A stretch of DNA of 64,000 bases from assembly GCA_964016885.1 (NCBI GenBank), contig OZ024745.1, positions 74,276,001-74,340,000 of the forward strand, given 5' to 3'. Every line of letters begins with the position of its first letter. Within the stretch, counting starts at the first letter, position 1. The position numbers were made by a program, and so were the translations under genes. Below the pieces are notes generated by a model. It saw only the letters and a list, made by a program, of their open reading frames with translations. It did not search any database and was not told the DNA's origin. Positions 1 to 11,438 of this stretch are shown in pieces. This DNA comes from Eledone cirrhosa (Eukaryota).

Positions 1-230
1 GTTAGCAACTCAATAACTTTTTCAAGTCCCTTTTTAGGAGAAGCCATTTTAAGGCATTAAAGTGAAAAATATTCATTGAAGTTAGATTTAGAAAGTAGTA
101 CTCTAGGAAATTGATTCTTGCTTTGCCAAAAACTCATCTTTTACTGGAAAGAGTTCTATTGAGATCTTTTACACATAACAGAAATCTCTCCAAATTTCTG
201 TTGTGCTTTTCAATCGAGTTACTAGATACA

Positions 231-325
231 ATAATTGTTTCTACTTTTGGCACAAGGCCAGCAATTAACCAGTGCATTACTGGTACTTTATTTTATCGAC
301 CCCGTAAGGATGAAAGGCAAAGTTA
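231..325 (-). mobile_element. SINE family A, 3' part (tRNA-derived, Nin/Deu-like core)
   Basis: Reverse complement of the ACTTTGCCTTTCATCCTTACGGGGTCGATAAAATAAAGTACCAGTAATGCACTGG...GTAGAAACAATTAT segment seen in fuller copies at 8179, 23067 and 34449. Confidence 0.85.
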
Positions 326-2999
326 TGTCACCTAAATATGAATAAGTTGATTTAAAGCTATTTATTCTGTAAGATATTTGGTTCACTTGTTAAAAGCATG
401 TCACAGCAAACCTAAGGTCAAATGGGAGTCTTGTGTACTGACAGAATTATCCCAAGGCTTGAAAGGTAAGATAAAGATGACATTTAGTGGTGGTTGATGA
501 TAGATATGTTTTATAATAATATCATTAAAATATCAATGTTACAATTTAGTATGGATTAATTTGTCAATAATAAGCACTGTCGATAATAATTTGTTGATAA
601 TAAGCACAAGAAGAATGTAAGTTTTGACAGTGGCTAAGAAATCAATGACCAGGTGTCGTTTGTGAATTTCATTTGTCATACTACAACCTGATCTCTCAAT
701 AGTGAGTTACTTGTTTCTATGTGGCTTTCTTTAATTAGGTAGTTTACTCTCTATCTTATGAATTTGCAGATGTCCACAGTATTACAGTATTACATACAAT
801 TAGAGACTGCTGTTTGTACAAATATTCTGTATATCAAATGTTAACTTTGCATATTCCCATAATTCAGGAACTAAGTTGTATTGATGTCACAATAGTTTAA
901 TGACTAAATCATTCTACTTGACAGTATTAGCTTTGATAAAGTTATCAGCACTTTGACTGTCAACTAAAGCTTGTATTGATTAATTTCTAAGCACAGTATT
1001 GATTGTTCAAGACAAAATATGTCCTAATAAAGATAAAAAATGTGAGAATGTTGAAGAAATGAATGTATTGGAAAATTGGTTTATTACATGATTTACACAC
1101 TAGAGAAAAATTGACTTTTTTCTCACATTTGGGATGTATGGGATCATTGTCTGTGGTCATCTCTATACCCACACCATACACACATGCATGCATGCAATAG
1201 CTGCTGAAATACCTTCCTGTTTAGTGTCCACCTTTGTATAAACATGAGCAAATATTGGTTTAGGGTACTGCTGTTTTCAAGTAGTCTGAGCCTTATAGCT
1301 GTCAACGTTATTCCAGAAATAAATAAAAACATTAATTATCAAATTTAGTTTGTAAATTGTTCAGATGACACAGCCTTGAAGTTACATTCTTTAGCTAAGT
1401 GTATTAAGACTTAGAGAAATCTATTCAATATTTCTGTTGACTGTTACTTGTGAGTTACAAGTTGTTGACTCACAAAACCTAATTTGCTTGTTTAATGCTA
1501 ATAGCCATTAGAACATTTGTTGCATCCTAATAGTTGTCAAAATCTGCAATAAATTTAAATATTTTATGAGATATGAAGTTTGAGAGAGTGTGTAATCTGT
1601 TGAAATCAGAAATACTGACAGGAAAATTTTAAAATATGTATAACCAGTATTTGAATTCAGAATATGCAAATACTAATTGAGAGGGAATTCATATTGAATC
1701 ATTTAGGCAGTGGAACATTGTCCATATTTGATTTGGTGAATAATCTTTGATAAGAAGTAAAGATAATACAAACTGTATACCAAGACTTTATTTAATTGAT
1801 CATGTTATAACTCATTATCTAATTTAAGCAAAGGAACATACTTGCACATCACTTGTTAGGCCATTAAAGGAAAGTAGAATCACAATAATATGCATTTTGG
1901 TTTAACAACTGAAATGTATGATCTTTCCACCTTTCTAAAGGTTAAATAGTAATAAATATTTTGTTACATAAGCATAAAGGCCTGGATTTATAGGGGATGA
2001 GAAATGTAAAGTTAAGATGTTCCTACATTTCAATAAAGAATGAAAAATTACAAACAAAACGAAATTATTGAGAACATCTACTTTGTTTAACCTGCTCACT
2101 ATAGTTGTCAAATGTCCTTCATCAAAGTCTTTCTTGATTTTAACCCTTTTGATACTAAATCGCCTGAAACCACACTTTGATTTATGATACAAAACAAATA
2201 ATTTTAAAGTGTTTATATTTATCTAAACATATTCTATTATAATTTTATGTAAGAACTTTTGTTAAGTTATGTTCCTAACAGTAGTTTAACAATCATAAAG
2301 TTAGATATATTACTAAATTCATCAAATTCTTGATTATTTTGAAAATGATTAAAAAATTATAAACATTATCTTTCAAGACAAATATAGTAACAAAAAGGCT
2401 CAAGTAACTAAAGCCATCTTAGGACAGCTTACTCATAATATAGACCAGCCATTCCTCACAGTTTAACAATGCACCAATAGTTAAAGATACACTGTAAAAA
2501 ACAAAACATTGCTTATCAGACAGATAGTAATGGAGGGTTGCATCTTCTCCAGTATAGAAGTAATATATAATATGATGTAGCTCAGTTTTGAAATGATCAT
2601 TTAATATTCACTCTCTTTGATATATTTTTGAGTGTGTTGAAACTGGGTTTTCAAGAAAAATTTATTAAAGACAGATCTAATATATATCAATTTAGACAAT
2701 ACTATCTATGCATCACCACAATATAATATTGGTAAAATTGCCATACAGCTCTTGGATTACCCAAGTGTCAGGTTTTTCTTTTTGGCATTACAATTATAAT
2801 TTATATAAAATATATCTGGTTGCAGGTCAACTATAGTTAAATGTCTTGTTTTCTCCATAATTTGCTCTCTTTCTCTCTCTCTCATATATATATATACAGT
2901 ATATATATATTCATTATTAGTACAGATTAAAGTTTAAGCAAAGAATTTCTGCTTTCACCCTATTACGGGATCTTCTGAAACTCAGCAACGAGGGGAGCA

Positions 3000-3540
3000 A
3001 CACAACCACTTTACAATGGGGACTGAGGCTTTTATCTCATCACCAAAACGACCTCCTTACAGTAAGGACTTGGCACTTTTTGTCATGTTTTCAACATGAC
3101 CACTTTACAGGTTGGGCTGGGTTCTTTTTTTCTATTAGAACTACTTTACAATGTGGGCTGGGCATTTATTGTCGTGCTGTGTCACTGACACAACTACCCT
3201 ACTGGGTTGGCTGGGTGCTTTATTGTGTCACGATCACAACTACGACCACCTTACAGGGCAAACTAGGTGCTCTTGCCATGTCACCAACCTAGCCTTTCCA
3301 CAGGGCAGATCGGGCGCCTTCTGTCATGCCATCAATATAACCACTTTACTGAACGGGCTGGTTGCCTCATGTCATGTCGCCAACATGACCACCTCACAAA
3401 GTGAACTGGGTGCTTATTTATCATGTCACCAGTACAACCACCTTGCAGGGAGAGTTAGGTGCTCTTTTTTCATGACACCATGAGCACTTTATTGTGTCAC
3501 CAGCATGACCACCTTACCGGGTGGACTGAGAGCTCTCAGT
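3000..3540 (-). repeat. Degenerate tandem array of the ~41-bp internal unit of SINE family C
   Basis: About 13 diverged units of ACCACTTTACAGTGGGCTGGGTGCTTTTTGTCATGACACCAACATG-like sequence; the same unit lies inside SINE C copies at 18330 and 35375. Confidence 0.75.
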
Positions 3541-3732
3541 CATTTCAGCAGCATTGTTAGGGAGCGTGTTCAGCTTTCCATACTTGTATACATGGGTTAG
3601 TCAAGTGAGGTGGAAAGTGGCAGTGAGGTACTTAGCTGGTGAGGGGTGGTCTGATTAAGATGTGGGAGGAGTATGGAAGGGTGGAGGGGGAAGTGGTGCA
3701 GTGGTGCATACTAGAGACCACTAACTGTTACA

Positions 3733-3936
3733 TCATCCTGTGCACATGAGAAGGTTGGCCTTTTGGAATAATGCATAACACCAGAGATCATGGTCCTGTG
3801 TCATCACCTTTGAGAAGAACAATTGTGTGAGGTCAGTTTTTATTACCTTATCCCAAATTTTGCTAGGTCTTCCTCTGCAATAGCTACCATCAACTTCGTG
3901 CACCCTGCACCTTTTTATATGGCTGTCATCCTTCAA
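3733..3936 (-). mobile_element. RTE-clade LINE 3' fragment
   Basis: Translation DDSHIKRCRVHEVDGSYCRGRPSKIWDKVIKTDL...DHDLW fits the RTE ORF C-terminus pattern GxRxRGRPxKxW...DRxxW. Confidence 0.75.
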
Positions 3937-5811
3937 TAATATTTATAGTGAAATGTCTTGTTTCTCTATAATTCACTCCCTCTTTCTCTCATATATCATT
4001 AATAATTCTTATAGAAGAATGAAGTTTCATAATTATATACTTAGTTTCCTCTGATTTTGGCAATTAAAAATCATAACAAGCTAATATTTATTTTACATTT
4101 GTAGTGTCATGAGTGCACTACACTTATTTTCAAAGACCTTTGTAAATATAACTGTTAAGACCAAAAACAGAGCCAAGTATTAGAATTGTATCTTTTAGCA
4201 TTGTATGTAGAATTGTAGTAATTGGTTATTAAACATAGCAATACACTTGTTATTTTTCCTAACTTCTCTGCATATGTGAATGTTGGTATCGAATGATTTC
4301 AACTGGAATATGTGTGTGTTGGTATATTGTATTATTTCAATTGGAATATGTTAACTGTTGGCTTGTTGATAAATGGGAAGTAAAAGTGTGACTTTATTAG
4401 GAATGTCTCATTTTTCATCTGCTTCCATCCTTAATAGGATTTCCTTTCTTTTTCTCTTTTGCAAAATTGTGTTTAATGACAAACGTTCTTGATTTGGTTT
4501 CTTTGTTTGTTTGTATCTAACTTAAGTGAATAGAGATCTATGCAGTATGAATAAGGTTTGCTCTCTGAAAGTGCCTGCAGAGAATTGTTTGCTGGAAGCT
4601 TCCATTGTTTGTGTTGGTGGTTAAGATATGACCTTGTGTTGTGATTATGTTGTAACTTTAGATTAAAAAGAAAATTACCTGGTAGGAGGCTTTTTCCCTC
4701 ACTCACTAGATGCAGTGTATGTACGTATGTATGTCTGAGAGAGAGTTATTGTGCATCAACTGAAATGTTCTTCCAACCTGGAATATATTTGTGTAACAAT
4801 CATTTTAGTGTTTATAATATACCATGACTAAAAAAACATTAGTGTCTACCATGTAATTACCTTTCTATGTTTCTATGACCTTATTTCTGTTGCATAGAAT
4901 TGATTCAGTCATTGTACAAACATACCTAGATACAGACATGTTTTCAAACAAACCCAAACACATACTCTAATCTCACTCCACCTGATTTAATAAGATAAAA
5001 ATAATTCATTTATCAATGGATTTATCAATGGATGAGCATCCATATTAACTTAAGAAAAGATGGAATGAGATTTTGTGACATTCATGTCTTTCCTGAGAGC
5101 ATTAACAATAAAAAGATTAGATCTACAACTGGGAATAAAAAGCTAAAGGACAACTATGAACGTATTTTGGTCTATTAGATCTCATTCACATATAATCTAC
5201 TCAAACCTGCTTCGTCTGCTGTCAAAGATTTTTACATAACAAAAAAAAAGTTATAAATAATTTTTGATCAGTATGATTTGCATAATTAAAAAATAAAATG
5301 AGTCAAATAAAATAACTAAAATCTCCTCCTATATTATAGATAACATATCATTCTTATTTTATTTGCCAGTGTGTGTGACAACATTAATATTCTCAGCTGT
5401 TTCCTATACATGAAAATTCCAACTGTTATTTATTATTGATAACAAGACTAGTTAATGATAAAAGTAGTTTAGGTACCATCCCCTATGGGGAGCCTCTTTT
5501 TCTCTCTTCCCTGCAGCTCTCTACCTACCTTTTACTACAGTTTCTATTGTTCCATGTGTCTTTTCTTGCTCTTCTAATCAGGCTAACTTGACTTCTGGCT
5601 GTTAATCAAATAAAGTGTATTCTAGTGAGATTAGATTGCTTCTTGTGGGGATAATTAACATCACTCCGCTACCTTTTACATCCTTCAGTGTCTGTACATC
5701 ATCAAGGGGAAGTGTGGAGAGGATATCTAATCTCATTTATATGTCAACTTCTTCAACAAGGTGAAAGTAGGCCTGCTCTTGGTTTACTATTATTCAATAA
5801 AAAAAAAACTG

Positions 5812-6152
5812 ATATTGTCTTAGTTTACTGTAATTGTTTACTGTAAAAGTGACTGGTCTTAGTTCACTGTAATTATAGTGACTGGTCTTAATTTACTGTA
5901 TACAGTGACTGGTCGTAATTTACTGTAATTATATACAGTGACTGGTCATAATTTACTGTAATTATATACAGTGACTGGTCGTAGTTTACTGTAAATATAT
6001 ATACAATGACTGGTCTTAGTTTACTGTAAATATATATACAATGACTGGTCGTAATTTACTGTAAATTCATACAATGACCGGTCGTTATTTACTGTAATTA
6101 TATACAGTGACTGATCTTAGTTTACTGCAATTATACAGTGACTGGTCTTAGC
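5812..6152. repeat. Minisatellite, ~27-35-bp unit TACAGTGACTGGTC(T/G)TAGTTTACTGTAATTA(TA)n
   Basis: About 11 visible tandem copies with a variable TA linker. Confidence 0.9.
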
Positions 6153-6544
6153 TTAATGTTATTAAATTGGAATTATATGGTCTTAGTTTCCTGTTAGTAG
6201 GATGTCATAGTTTAAAGATATTGTGTCAAAGCTAAAATATTTATAGTCTGCAAAAAGCTAATGTGGTCTTAATTATGTGTTAATGAGTGGATGCTGATTG
6301 AATTGATAATTGGTATGTTTAGACCACTCTGCTAACATTACAGATATCTCCTTAGGTTAAGTTCATTGATTTATTTACTTCATTCCATGAAAGAAAATCA
6401 CTTGTTTTAGAAATGCTTGCATGTATCTTAATTGAACAAGTATGCCATCCATAGAAACAAAGGTATGTATATGTATGGTTGACATTTCCTCTTATACTTC
6501 CACTACCATCATCATAAACTCTGTGTCTTTTTCCATGTAGGCAT

Positions 6545-6803
6545 GGACTGGATAAAGGCTGGAGCATATCCCAGTTTCATGTAACATTAAGCAACTAAGA
6601 ATACAAGACACCTTGAATGGGATACCAGTTCTCGCAAGATTAACCCCACCTGTTGCTGGTAGTTATTTTCAGTTGAGTGGACTGGAGCAATGTGACATGA
6701 AGTACTTCATTCAATGACATAACATGCTGCTTTGGCCAGGGTTCAGACTCATGACCATGTAACCGTGAGACCATCACTCTAGTAACTAAGCCACATGCCT
6801 TCT
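6545..6803 (-). mobile_element. SINE family B, diverged copy
   Basis: Reverse complement of the 48541 element: head GAAGGCATGTGGCTTAG and core TTCATGTCACATTGCTCCAGTCCACTCAACTG. Confidence 0.7.
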
Positions 6804-6954
6804 CATATTTACTTTCATTTACTATAAGTTAGCATATCCAGGTTGCTCTCTGCAAATTTGGAGGTTAACATGGGAATTATTGGAACAAGAAATTTTATAG
6901 CTTTTAATTAGATATAAAGAGGTATCTGTGCCAGATGTTTCAATTCACAATTAG

Positions 6955-7350
6955 ATGAAATCAAGCAGAGTAGTGAAGGTGTTGGACTTACAATCATAAT
7001 GTTGTGAGTTTGATACCTGAGCTGGGTTGTGTATGTTCTGGAACAAAACACTTCATTTCACATTGCTCCAATACACTCAGCTGAAACAAAAATGAGTACC
7101 AGCAATGGCTGGGGATTTAACTCTGCAATGGAATGGCGTCCTGTCCAGGGGGGAGATCTTGTACTCGCAGTTGCTTCACGCCATGGAAACCAGGATAATC
7201 ACCAGCCTGATAAGCCTCAGGGCTTGAGACAGACTTTAACCTACAATGGACTGGCGTCCTGTCCAGGACGGCGTTTTGTACTTTCATTCGTTTCACACCA
7301 TGGAAACCGGGATAAGCAACGGCCTAATGAACCTCCAAGCTCGAAACAGA
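6955..7350 (+). mobile_element. SINE family B (tRNA head, CORE/Meta-like domain) with tandemly duplicated 3' end
   Basis: B-box-like GAGTTTGATACC and core ACACTTCATTTCACATTGCTCCA; the 3' segment ATGGA(A/C)TGGCGTCCTGTCCAGG...GGAAACC occurs twice (about 7128 and 7246). Confidence 0.8.
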
Positions 7351-8178
7351 AAAGAAAAAGCAGACTAGTGTAATACATCTGATTTTGAATGATATTCTAA
7401 TGACTGAAAGCATATTTTCAACTTAAGATTTTTGTGGACAACAATCCAGCTCCTTAACTTCAAAGTAAAGAAGGAAGCCTAGAGTGAATTTAATCAGTAA
7501 ATTAAGACTAGGAGGAAATTGTGTAATTTATGCAGACATTAGATGTCTGGCTTGGTGAAGATGTCAGTTTAAATTCTATCAATATTACTAATGTGTTATT
7601 GATTGTAACCTCCTCCTGGCCAAAAAGAATACATTCAATGATTCAACTGTATTCGAGTATTATTATTTTTATTATTATCACTGTGATGCACTGGGTAATT
7701 ACTGGCCTTGTGCCAAAAGTAGAAACAATTATTTTTTATTATTATCATCATCATCATTGTTGTTGTGAATTATGCAAGAAATAATTAATTGGATTATGCA
7801 AGTAATAATGAAATTGGACTATTAACCTCATTTTGTGCGTTATGGTAATCACTTTTAATTACACATATTGTTTCAATGTGTAGAAATCTCAGTTGCTGTT
7901 ATGATAACTATTTCTTTAATATAAACAATACCTAAGAAACCATATTAGTGAAAGAATAGAAGGACAAAGGAAAGAAAGAAAGAAAGAACTATGAGTCTCA
8001 GGGTTATCAGCTTCAACAATTTAATGATTCTTCAGAGATAAAAATAGAATGTCTAGGAAAATCAGTTTAAAGCAATTTGAAAGTTGAATTTCTGAATAGA
8101 AATATAATTATTTCTATAAAATCTATGTCTCATATGGTTTACTATTCTTCATTGATATAAAATGTAGTTGCATTATAT

Positions 8179-8364
8179 GTGAATTGGCAGTATCAGTAGA
8201 GGGTTGGACGCCATGCTTTCTAGCATAGTTACGTCCCTTTACGGTTTGAGTTCAAATCCCGTCGAGGTTAACTTTGCCTTTCATCCTTACGGGGGTCGAT
8301 AAAATAAAGTACCAGTAGTGTACTGGGTAATTACTGGTCTTGTGCCAAAAGTAGAAACAATTAT
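8179..8364 (+). mobile_element. SINE family A, near full length
   Basis: Pol III A-box TGGCAGTATCAG, B-box GAGTTCAAATCC, core GCCTTTCATCCTTACGGGGGTCGATAAAATAAAGTACCAG and AT-rich tail. Confidence 0.9.
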
Positions 8365-8640
8365 ATGTGTGTGTGTGTATGTATGTGTGTGTGTACTATG
8401 TATGTGTATGTATATATATGAGTGTATGTGCATGCACACCCATGCATGCATGGGCCTTTGTGTATGGATGTGTGTATCTAAGTGTATGTATATACGTATA
8501 TGTATGTATCTATGTATGTATGTATATCTGTATGTATATATGTGCATATGTATGTATATATGTGTATGTGTATATATATATATGTGTATGTATATATGTG
8601 TGTATGTATATATACATGTGTATGTATATATGCACATATA
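8365..8640. repeat. Degenerate (TG/TA)n microsatellite
   Basis: Direct reading; it is the source of the overlapping YICV-rich ORFs. Confidence 0.95.
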
Positions 8641-8894
8641 CTCCATTACTCTATTGCATGTTCCAGCTGAATGGCTAAGGTCATGCTGGGGCACCACCAT
8701 GTATATATAAATATGTATACACATGCTTATCATCATCATCAGTTTTACATCAATTTTCCATACTGGCATAGGTTGCACAGGATGGTTTACTGAATGTTTA
8801 CAGCTGGATGCCCTTCCGATTCTAACCCTTTTAGTCACCTCATATGACATGCAGGAATATGCTGTACCTATTGTAAAACCTGGAATACACACAG

Positions 8895-8899
<5 letters not shown>

Positions 8900-8975
<76 letters not shown>
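8900..8975. repeat. (TA)n microsatellite
   Basis: Pure TA run of about 75 bp. Confidence 0.98.
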
Positions 8976-8977
<2 letters not shown>

Positions 8978-8979
8978 TT

Positions 8980-9163
8980 CTGCACTGTAAATGTGGTTGG
9001 TGTTAGGTAGGGCATCGAGCTGTAAAAAGAAACTCCAACCAAAATACAGTTCCATTTGACCAAGGTACGGTGTGTCCAAATGGCCAGACTTGCTTCATAG
9101 TGTGGACGACCGGTCTGACCCATTCAAGCATGGAAAATAAGATGTTAAACGATGATGATGATG
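8980..9163 (+). mobile_element. SINE family C 3' part, (GAT)n tail
   Basis: CACTGTAAATGTGGTTGGTGTTAGGTAGGGCATC...AGCATGGAAAATAAGATGTTAAACGATGATGATG. Confidence 0.85.
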
Positions 9164-9172
9164 ACATATATA

Positions 9173-9440
9173 CCATCGTTTAACATCCATCTTCCACGCT
9201 AGCATGGGTTAGATGGGTTTGTCCCATTTAGAGGCAAGTGGAGTTGGGTGACAGTGTCTCGCTCATATAGGACAGTTTCTGGCTGGTTTTCTACGACTGG
9301 ATGCCCTTAACACGAACCACATTTACAGTGTGTACTGGGTGCTTTTTACCGTGTCTTTTACATGACCACTTTACAGTGTTCTGGGTGCTTTTTGTCATAA
9401 CACTTACAGAGTGGGCTGGATGTTTTGTGGTACCAATGTA
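9173..9440 (-). mobile_element. SINE family C 3' part, tail-to-tail with the previous copy
   Basis: CATCGTTTAACATCCATCTTCCACGCTAGCATGGGTT...GGATGCCCTT...CCACATTTACAGTG followed by 41-bp units. Confidence 0.85.
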
Positions 9441-9536
9441 AGGTACACACATTATATATATATAAAAGTACCAGTAATGTACTGAGTAATTGATGGCCTT
9501 GTGCCAAAAGTAGAAACAATTATATATATATATATA

Positions 9537-10423
9537 CGAGGTGTGTCAGAAAAGTTCCAGGACTGATGTCATAAAAGATTTATTTCAAACCCAAACTTCA
9601 CACTAGGAGTTTTCTCCTTCAAAGTAATCTCCCTGGAGTATGTAACTGTAATCTTAGCTCTCTGCAGCGATCAAACTTTTTTCTTCATAATTTTATATAC
9701 ATGTCCTCTGTTTCAGGTCGTCAAGCAATGAGCACAGAGCAACGAACAAGCTTGAAGTTTCTGGTACTGTTGGGGAAAACTCCGTCAGAAGCACTGGGAT
9801 TGCTGCAGCAAGTGTATGGAGATGAGACGATGTCACGCTCACGTGTTTTTGAGTGGTGCAAGAGGTTTAAAGAAGGACGCGAGCATGTGGAAGATGACCC
9901 CAGGAGCGGAAGACCCTCAACAACCAGGACTGAGGTCAACATTGAGCGCATCACTGTTCGACTGATGGCAAATGAGCTGGGCATAAATCGGGACAGTGTC
10001 TGGAAGATTCTCACTGAAGATTTGGACATGCGGAAAGTCTGCACGAAGATGGTGCCAAAACTGCTGAACGATGACCAGAAGGGTCGACACTTGCAAGTGT
10101 GCCAGGACATTCTCGAGCATCTTGAAACCGAACCAGACTTGCTAGGGACAGTCATCACCGGTGATGAGTCATGGATCTTTGAGTACGACCCGGAGGGGAC
10201 CCGTTTTGAAGACGTGGACGACATCAAAAAGGCCGTGATGACGGAACTGTGGAGGATCCCAGAAGAATCCTTCCAGGAGTGCATGCAACCGTGGCAAAAA
10301 AGGATGGAAAAGTGCATTAGACTCCAGAGGGATTACTTTGAAGGAGAAAACTCTTAGTGTGAAGTTTGCGTTTGAAATAAATCTTTTATGACATCAGTCC
10401 TGGAACTTTTCTGACACACCTCG
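9537..10423 (+). mobile_element. Tc1/mariner superfamily (mariner) transposon, internally deleted, ~103-bp TIRs, TA target-site duplication
   Basis: TA|CGAGGTGTGTCAGAAAAGTTCCAGGACTGATG... at the left end and ...CATCAGTCCTGGAACTTTTCTGACACACCTCG|TA at the right; TIRs 9537-9639 and 10321-10423 differ at about 4 positions. Confidence 0.97.
9701..10357 (+). pseudogene. Mariner transposase with in-frame internal deletions (DNA-binding region kept, catalytic DD34D incomplete)
   Basis: HTH region (LGKTPSEA...VFEWCKRFKEGREHVEDDPRSGRP), linker MVPKLL (WVPHEL-type) and first catalytic Asp in ITGDESW, then a direct jump to GTRFEDVDDIK. The HDNA and YSPDLAPxD motifs are absent. The C-terminus CIRLQRDYFEG is typical of mariner. 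Confidence 0.93.
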
Positions 10424-10459
10424 TAAACATATATATATACACATATATATCATGATAGT

Positions 10460-10543
10460 GGAGGCACATGGCCTAGTGGTAAGGGTGTTGGACTTACGAT
10501 CATAATGTCATGAGTTCGATTCCTGGATTGCGTGTTATGTTCT
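10460..10543 (+). mobile_element. SINE family B 5' head (tRNA-derived), truncated
   Basis: GGAGGCACATGGCCTAGTGG (A-box) ... GAGTTCGATTCC (B-box); matches the 48541 head. Confidence 0.8.
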
Positions 10544-10545
10544 TA

Positions 10546-10662
10546 TATCTATCTATCTAAGGCGGGTAAAATTCCCGAGATCCATAGACGAGTTCTCTCC
10601 AGCGGTCTCTGTCCCTCATTATCGCTGCCATGTCCTGCGTCTCCAACAGACCAGTTAGGGTT
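10546..10662 (-). mobile_element. RTE-type LINE extreme 3' fragment with (GATA)n tail
   Basis: Minus strand reads TGLLETQDMAAIMRDRDRWRELVYGSREFYPP* followed by ATAGATAGAT. Confidence 0.7.
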
Positions 10663-10671
10663 CTTATATAT

Positions 10672-10882
10672 ATATAAAGGTTAAACAAGGTTCAATGAAT
10701 AAATCAAAGAATGAGTTTTACAATGACTGAATCTTAACCATCTACTATGTCAGGGTATGTCATGCATCATCTTCTTTTATCTGATGAGGACGTACTGTTG
10801 AAGTTAACTCAGTACCTCTGAAATATGTATAATAAAATATACTTGATCACAAGAATATCTATTTTGTTAATATTTTGAATTT
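10672..10882 (+). mobile_element. Penelope-like pLTR-type fragment between (TA)n tracts
   Basis: Carries a hammerhead motif; shares upstream AGGGTATGTCA and downstream TTGTTAATAT with the 11.9-kb and 46.5-kb arms. The Penelope assignment is inferred, since no RT or GIY-YIG ORF is seen. Confidence 0.6.
10775..10837 (+). ncRNA. Minimal type-I hammerhead ribozyme motif
   Basis: Stem I UUUUAU/AUAAAA; CUGAUGA 10781-10787; stem II GGACGUACUG/CAGUACCUCU (9 of 10 paired); GAAA 10820-10823; stem III UAUGUA; predicted cleavage after AUA at 10831. Confidence 0.85.
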
Positions 10883-11260
10883 ATATATATATATATATAT
10901 AAAAGAAAAATTACTCAGTCATATACATTACATCTCAATGAATAATATTTAACCTGAACATAATTCAGAGAAGCATATAAATACAAATATACATCTATCT
11001 TAAACATTTTAAGGTACTCTAATATGATCATCCTTATAGTTAATTCTGAGCCTTGTTTAAGAGAAATGTGTATTTATATATATATATATATATAGTTCCA
11101 GACTCTGGAACTAGCTGTTGAAACGGTAAGAGCTCAGCCGTCAGGGTCCTGACTCATTCATATAACCATACACTACTACCCCAAGCATCGAGTACTCTGG
11201 TGAATAATGGTCTAACCAGTTTCTTACTGTATCCATCTTGATTTATATAAATATGCAAGC

Positions 11261-11295
<35 letters not shown>

Positions 11296-11337
11296 CAATA
11301 TATTAACAAATGGAAACTATATTTATAAAACCATATT

Positions 11338-11403
11338 TATTTCATTATACATATTTCAAGGGCCACCAAGGTAAACTATGGTGCGTTTTCATCAGATAAA
11401 ATA
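11338..11403 (-). ncRNA. Minimal type-I hammerhead ribozyme motif (left arm)
   Basis: Minus strand: UAUUUUAU CUGAUGA AAACGCACCA UAGUUUACCU UGGUGGCCCUU GAAA UAUGUA UA AUGAAAUA. Core intact, base of stem II weakened. Confidence 0.75.
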
Positions 11404-11438
11404 TAATATAGGTTAGTTTTATAAATAAATATTGACAT

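Noticed and set aside
7205-7350. CTGATAAGCC / CTAATGAACC...CTCGAAAC in SINE B tails as hammerheads
   Set aside because: The stem would consume core nucleotides, there is no stem I/III or NUH site, and no copy has a full core; more likely a LINE-derived 3' stem-loop.
8287-9123. 278-aa ORF and overlapping YICV/HTHI-rich ORFs (also at 13.1, 18.0, 27.7 and 45.0 kb)
   Set aside because: They are translations of TA/TG/CT microsatellites and SINE pieces that lack stops by composition.
9721-10317. 198-aa antisense ORF
   Set aside because: Shadow of the mariner transposase frame, with no recognisable motifs.
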